Source of the DNA: Lachnospiraceae bacterium
GTDB taxonomy: Bacteria; Bacillota; Clostridia; Lachnospirales; Lachnospiraceae
DNA length: 40,647 nt
Assembly (NCBI GenBank): GCA_900772685.1
Contig: CAAGRP010000090.1
Location: 1 to 40,647, forward strand
Direction of reading: 5' to 3'
Of the stretch, positions 36,143-40,647 are shown piece by piece. Under the pieces are notes generated by a model, which did no database searches, was not told where the DNA came from, and was given only the letters and a program-made list of their open reading frames with translations. Position 1 is the stretch's first letter, and the number at the start of each line of letters is the position of its first letter. Both the position numbers and the translations under genes were made by a program.

Positions 36143-36686
36143 GGTGATCCGCTCAAATAGAAAAACCGTAGCTATCAGTGTTAATTCCGATCTGAGTGTT
36201 ACGGTTAAAGCTCCGCAAGGCGTTTCGGAAAAAGATATATACAGGATCCTTGAAGAAAAAAGGGCATGGATATGTACGCACCTTGAGCAGGTCAAAAGAG
36301 ACAAGGCCAGATATGAATCGTCAGGTGCAAAGAAGCTGACCTATGAAGATATAAATATGCTCGCCGACAAGGCTATAGATGTTATTCCCAAAAGGGCTGC
36401 ATATTATGCCCCCATTATCGGCGTCACCTACGGACGTATAACGATCCGCAATCAGAAAACCAGATGGGGCAGTTGCAGTGCCAAAGGAAATCTGAACTTT
36501 AACTGTCTTCTAATGCTGGCACCTCCCAAGGTGCTTGACTATGTTGTGGTCCACGAGCTGTGTCACCGAAAAGAAATGAACCATTCCAAGGCATTCTGGA
36601 CGGAGGTTGAAAAGGTGATGCCGGATTATAAAGAGGCTGTCAGATGGTTGAAGGAAGAGGGCAGTCTGATAATGCAGCGGCTGTAA
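36132..36686 (+). CDS. YgjP/DUF45 (M48-like) HEXXH metallohydrolase
   Basis: 184 aa. RWGSC, then VVVHELCHRKEMNHSKAFW. AGGAGG RBS. Overlaps the NUDIX remnant by 11 nt. This family is commonly linked to type I R-M loci. Confidence 0.85.
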   Translation: MDVKVIRSNRKTVAISVNSDLSVTVKAPQGVSEKDIYRILEEKRAWICTHLEQVKRDKARYESSGAKKLTYEDINMLADKAIDVIPKRAAYYAPIIGVTYGRITIRNQKTRWGSCSAKGNLNFNCLLMLAPPKVLDYVVVHELCHRKEMNHSKAFWTEVEKVMPDYKEAVRWLKEEGSLIMQRL

Positions 36687-36786
36687 TATTTAGTTAAACC
36701 ATATAAGCTCGTTTATATATCGCGGTGCGCTTTTCGTTATTCGAACACTCGAAACGATACAAAAAGTATCAATTGTCCCAGTTTTA

Positions 36787-36815
36787 TTGACCATTTTGGA
36801 ACATGATGATAGAAT
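36787..36815 (+). promoter_or_regulatory. Sigma-A type promoter for the ATPase/TOPRIM pair
   Basis: TTGACC (36787-92) - 17 nt - TAGAAT (36810-15). Confidence 0.55.
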
Positions 36816-36853
36816 AATCTTGTGATATAAACACATAAATGGAGAGGTGTATC

Positions 36854-38245
36854 ATGAGAAAAGGTTGCGTAAGAATAGAAAAAATAGAGATTGAAAACTT
36901 CAAAAACGTTAAAAATGGTCATATCATCTTGAAAAACAACCGAAAAAACTATAAATCAAGCATTCTTGGAATATATGGTCAGAACGGCTCCGGTAAGACA
37001 GCATTAATAGATGCAATTATGCTGTTAAAACTTGCTCTTTGCGGACAGGTTATTCCACCGCAGTATGCAGATTACATTCATGTGGATGCAGAAAATGCAA
37101 AGCTGAAATTTGAACTTTCTGTAGAAGATCCCGAAAACGGAACAGCATATGTTACTGTGTATGAATTCAAAATTAGAAAAGAGCAAAATGATAGCACTTC
37201 AAATCTATCCGAATCAGAAAATACTAAAGCTGTAATTTATGACGAAATACTCAGCAGTTCTTACACACACGATAATAATAAATACAGAATGTCCACTCTT
37301 ATCAACACAAATGCTAAGGGTGCATTCTCGCCAAGAAATAAATACCAGGAGTTTGTCGGTAAAGATAAGGAACTTGCAACAAGCCTTGAAGTTGCAAAAC
37401 GTCTTGCGTCTGCGACTTCAAGATCATTTATTTTCTCAAAAGAACTTTTGTCAGTAATAAAAGAAAATTGCAAGCAACCGATTTATATCGATCTTATTGA
37501 GCTGATGGTACAATATGGAAATTTCGAACTGTTTGTAATTAATACTCAAAATAACGGACTTATTACAATGAATGCCCTTCCCCTGGCATTTAAATACGAA
37601 AACGAAAATTCAGGCGTTGCTGGAAACATCATGCTTCCGCTTGACGAGGCAGCAACAATACCGAAAGAAGCTGCAGAGTTAATTGAAGAGATCATCCCAA
37701 ATATGAATATGGTCCTTACTCAAATCGTTCCAGGACTTACTATCAGTATGTACAACTTTGGTCCGCAGGTATTGAAAAACGGAAATATCGGATGCCGGGT
37801 TCAGCTAATGTCTAAGAAAAACAGTAAAGAAATCCCTTTGCGTTATGAATCTGATGGTATTAAAAAAATCGTATCCATCTTACAGCTTCTTATCGTTGTT
37901 TATAATAAGCCTTCCATTACAGTAGCAATCGGCGAGCTTGATTCAGGAGTGTTTGAATACCTGCTAGGCGAACTACTCAGAATAATTTCCGAAAAAGGCA
38001 AGGGGCAATTAATCTTTACTTCACACAATCTGCGTCCATTGGAAACTTTAGATCGTGGATTTATTGCATTCACCACAACAAATCCGGAAAATCGTTACTT
38101 GAGAATGACTAATGTAAAAGAGAACAATAATTTAAGAGATTTCTATTACAGAGATATCGTTCTGGGTGAACAGAACGAAGTAATTTACGAACCTACAAAC
38201 AACTATGAAATAGCACTGGCATTTAGAGAGGCTGGTGAAATGTAG
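36854..38245 (+). CDS. ABC/SMC-head type ATPase (AAA_15/AAA_21-like) of a two-gene defence-type module
   Basis: IEIENFKN...GQNGSGKTALIDAI (Walker A), about 250 aa helical insert, ESDGIKKI (signature-like), VAIGELDSGV (Walker B position, Gly where Asp is expected), FTSHN (H-loop). ATG 36854 follows GGAGAGG; the track start at 36839 is in-frame. Confidence 0.85.
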   Translation: MRKGCVRIEKIEIENFKNVKNGHIILKNNRKNYKSSILGIYGQNGSGKTALIDAIMLLKLALCGQVIPPQYADYIHVDAENAKLKFELSVEDPENGTAYVTVYEFKIRKEQNDSTSNLSESENTKAVIYDEILSSSYTHDNNKYRMSTLINTNAKGAFSPRNKYQEFVGKDKELATSLEVAKRLASATSRSFIFSKELLSVIKENCKQPIYIDLIELMVQYGNFELFVINTQNNGLITMNALPLAFKYENENSGVAGNIMLPLDEAATIPKEAAELIEEIIPNMNMVLTQIVPGLTISMYNFGPQVLKNGNIGCRVQLMSKKNSKEIPLRYESDGIKKIVSILQLLIVVYNKPSITVAIGELDSGVFEYLLGELLRIISEKGKGQLIFTSHNLRPLETLDRGFIAFTTTNPENRYLRMTNVKENNNLRDFYYRDIVLGEQNEVIYEPTNNYEIALAFREAGEM

Positions 38246-38934
38246 TGGCAAAACGAAAAATCGTCTTTGTAATTGTAGAGGGTCCATCTGACGACGAAGC
38301 ATTAGGTGTCCTTTTTTCAAAAATCTATGATAAAGATTCTGTCTATGTTCACATCATTCACGGTGATATAACTACTCAGACAGGAGTCACATCTGCCAAT
38401 ATTGTATCAAAGGTCGGAAATTGTATAAGACATTATGCTACGCAAAATCATTACAGAGCATCTGATTTTAAGGACATCATTCATATTATAGATATGGATG
38501 ATGCTTATATTCCGGATTCAGCAATAAAAAAAGACGAAACTGCTGTAAAACCTTTTTACAGCACTAATAAAATACACTCTGCAAATCCAGAGGCAATCAT
38601 TAACAGGAATGTCAGAAAGCGCGAAAATATCGATCGTCTGAAATCCACAGGACATATCTGGAAACTTCCGTATGGAATTTATTACATGTCCTGCAACCTG
38701 GATCATGCTTTATACGGGAAACTCAACAGCTCAGATGAAGAAAAGGAAAAAGACGCATATCTCTTCGCCAAAAGATACCGGAACGATATTTCTGGATTTA
38801 TAAAGTACATAAAAGAATCAGATTTTTCAACAGGTTCTGATTACAAAGAATCATGGGATTACATCACAAAAGATCTGCACTCATTAGAACGACATACTAA
38901 TCTTGGTTTGTGTTTTAACGAATCTGCTAATTAA
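38245..38934 (+). CDS. Small TOPRIM-like protein (RloB / DUF4276 / AriB-like class)
   Basis: 229 aa. The GTG start shares one nt with the ATPase TAG stop. VFVIVEGPSDDE (TOPRIM Glu) and IIHIIDMDDAY (DxD) lie at the spacing expected for a TOPRIM fold. Confidence 0.65.
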   Translation: MAKRKIVFVIVEGPSDDEALGVLFSKIYDKDSVYVHIIHGDITTQTGVTSANIVSKVGNCIRHYATQNHYRASDFKDIIHIIDMDDAYIPDSAIKKDETAVKPFYSTNKIHSANPEAIINRNVRKRENIDRLKSTGHIWKLPYGIYYMSCNLDHALYGKLNSSDEEKEKDAYLFAKRYRNDISGFIKYIKESDFSTGSDYKESWDYITKDLHSLERHTNLGLCFNESAN

Positions 38935-38999
38935 AAATGCAATTAAGAATTAAAACAGTAAAAAGATAACTTCTTACATAAATAGGGAGAACAGACAAC

Positions 39000-40502
39000 A
39001 TGGTTACAGGTGAATTAAAAAATAAAATAGACAGTTTATGGGAAATCTTCTGGACCGGCGGATTAACAAACCCGTTAGAGGTAATTGAACAGATGACATA
39101 TCTGATGTTCATACGCGATCTCGATGATTCAGATAATCTTCATGCAAAGGAAGCAACCATGCTAGGACTTCCACATAAAAGCATATTTGCTGATGAAGTA
39201 CAGATCGGAGACCGTACTATTGCAGGCAACCAACTGAAATGGAGTGTATTCCATGATTTTCCCGCTTCAAAAATGTACAGCACAATGCAGGAATGGGTAT
39301 TTCCATTTATCAAAAACCTCCACGGTGATAAAGACAGCGCATATTCTAAATATATGAACGATGCTATCTTTAAAGTACCCACACCATTGATGCTTGATAA
39401 AATCGTCACTGCAATGGATGCCATTTATGATCAGATGGCTCAATTGAAATCTGCTGACACGAGAGGAGATGTGTACGAATATCTCCTTTCAAAACTTGCA
39501 ACAGCAGGCGTGAATGGTCAGTTCCGCACACCCAGACATATTATTCGTATGATGGTGGAAATGATGGATCCGAAAGCCGATGAGATTATATGCGACCCAG
39601 CATGCGGCACATCCGGTTTCCTTGTATCTGCAAGTGAATATTTAAAAGAAGAAAAAAAAGAGGAAGTATTCTTTAATAAGCACAATAAAAATCATTATAT
39701 GAACCATATGTTTCACGGATTTGATATGGACCGAACCATGCTTCGAATCGGTGCCATGAACATGATGACACACGGTGTTGATAACCCTTATATCGAGTAT
39801 CGAGATAGTCTGTCAGATCAGAATCCGGACAAAGATAAATACAGTTTAATCCTTGCAAATCCTCCGTTTAAAGGAAGTCTTGATTACGACTCCGTAAGTG
39901 CGGATCTGCTTAAAGTATGCAAAACAAAAAAGACAGAATTATTATTCCTAGCCTTATTTGTCCGCATGCTTAAAGTCGGCGGCCGCTGTGCATGTATCGT
40001 TCCCGACGGAGTATTATTTGGTTCTTCAAAGGCTCACAAAGATATCCGTAAGGCAATAGTTGAAGAAAATCGACTTGAAGCTGTTATTTCTATGCCTTCC
40101 GGCGTCTTCAAACCATATGCCGGAGTATCTACTGCTATTCTGATCTTCACCAAGACCGGACACGGCGGAACGGACAATGTATGGTTCTATGACATGAAGG
40201 CTGACGGCTTCAGTTTAGATGACAAGCGAAGCGAAACAAATGAAAATGATATTCCGGATATCATTGAACGTTTCAAAAACCTTGATAAAGAGATTGAAAG
40301 AAAACGAACCGACCAAAGCTTCCTTGTATCCAAACGGGAAATTGCAGATAATGATTATGATCTGAGTATCAATAAATACAAAGAAGTAGAATATGTAACA
40401 GTAGAGTATCCGCCAACTCAGGAAATAATTGCTGACCTTCGCGAATTGGAGACGCAAATCAGCAGGGAAATGGATGAGTTGGAGAAGTTATTGGGGTTAT
40501 AA
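39000..40502 (+). CDS. hsdM: Type I restriction-modification methyltransferase subunit M
   Basis: 500 aa. HsdM N-terminal domain, motif I DPACGTSGFL, motif IV NPPF, and a C-terminal NDYDLS tail. Confidence 0.92.
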   Translation: MVTGELKNKIDSLWEIFWTGGLTNPLEVIEQMTYLMFIRDLDDSDNLHAKEATMLGLPHKSIFADEVQIGDRTIAGNQLKWSVFHDFPASKMYSTMQEWVFPFIKNLHGDKDSAYSKYMNDAIFKVPTPLMLDKIVTAMDAIYDQMAQLKSADTRGDVYEYLLSKLATAGVNGQFRTPRHIIRMMVEMMDPKADEIICDPACGTSGFLVSASEYLKEEKKEEVFFNKHNKNHYMNHMFHGFDMDRTMLRIGAMNMMTHGVDNPYIEYRDSLSDQNPDKDKYSLILANPPFKGSLDYDSVSADLLKVCKTKKTELLFLALFVRMLKVGGRCACIVPDGVLFGSSKAHKDIRKAIVEENRLEAVISMPSGVFKPYAGVSTAILIFTKTGHGGTDNVWFYDMKADGFSLDDKRSETNENDIPDIIERFKNLDKEIERKRTDQSFLVSKREIADNDYDLSINKYKEVEYVTVEYPPTQEIIADLRELETQISREMDELEKLLGL

Positions 40503-40554
40503 ATTCAAGGTTTGTCAAATTGGAAAATTAGAATTATGAAAGGAGAGTTTGCTT

Positions 40555-40647
40555 ATGGGACAGATAGCAAATCAAATGGCATTAGAATTATTTTTTAAGA
40601 TTAAAGAGCGAATAAAAGAAAAAAAGAAGCAAAAACAAGACAATAAA
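40555..40647 (+). CDS. 5' end of an unidentified ORF downstream of hsdM (partial)
   Basis: AAAGGAGAG RBS, then ATG 40555. MGQIANQMALELFFKIKERIKEKKKQKQDNK... is open to the window end. It does not look like an HsdS N-terminus. Confidence 0.3.
   Translation, partial: MGQIANQMALELFFKIKERIKEKKKQKQDNK

Noticed and set aside
1-40647. CRISPR arrays, rRNA genes, transposases, prophage genes
   Set aside because: I found no regularly spaced direct repeats, no rRNA-like sequence, and no transposase, integrase (other than the degenerate Xer-like gene) or phage structural ORFs on either strand.

Overview
40.6 kb from a low-to-moderate GC Firmicutes/Clostridia-type anaerobe; the taxon is inferred from gene content (iorAB-paaK, MetH without an activation domain, CD1871A-type peptide, MMPL plus heptad-repeat lipoprotein). 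Most of the window is ordinary chromosome. From left to right it holds a PucR-like regulator (partial) and a two-component system divergent from a CXXC-peptide / NapH-like polyferredoxin / TlpA-like lipoprotein operon. Next come an NhaC antiporter, an aryl-pyruvate fermentation operon (acyl-CoA ligase, iorA, iorB, paaK, ACT) and a truncated Xer-like recombinase. These are followed by metF-metH, a PucR-HTH-only protein, potABCD and a 4-tRNA operon (Thr, CAT, Asp, Val). The remaining core genes are a DUF1461/ABC-2 exporter cluster, YbjQ, a HAD hydrolase, a TetR-controlled MMPL plus heptad-repeat lipoprotein operon, and a CDF metal exporter. The CDF exporter is preceded by what I read as a czcD/NiCo-type riboswitch with a terminator. 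The last ~5 kb looks visibly more AT-rich and is an accessory defence locus. It contains a NUDIX gene with its Nudix box deleted, a YgjP/DUF45 HEXXH peptidase, a translationally coupled ABC-type ATPase plus small TOPRIM protein with its own promoter, then hsdM. Best leads: (1) the ATPase/TOPRIM pair (AbiL / PARIS / split-OLD architectural class) nested in the type I R-M locus. (2) An unclassified ~150-165 nt conserved, hairpin-containing intergenic element in two colinear copies (642-804 and 35596-35747), the second exactly at the core/island junction. (3) The TCS-linked CXXC peptide / polyferredoxin / exported thioredoxin module. (4) A complex inverted plus direct repeat structure at 5173-5455. 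All family calls come from reading motifs by eye; no searches were run.
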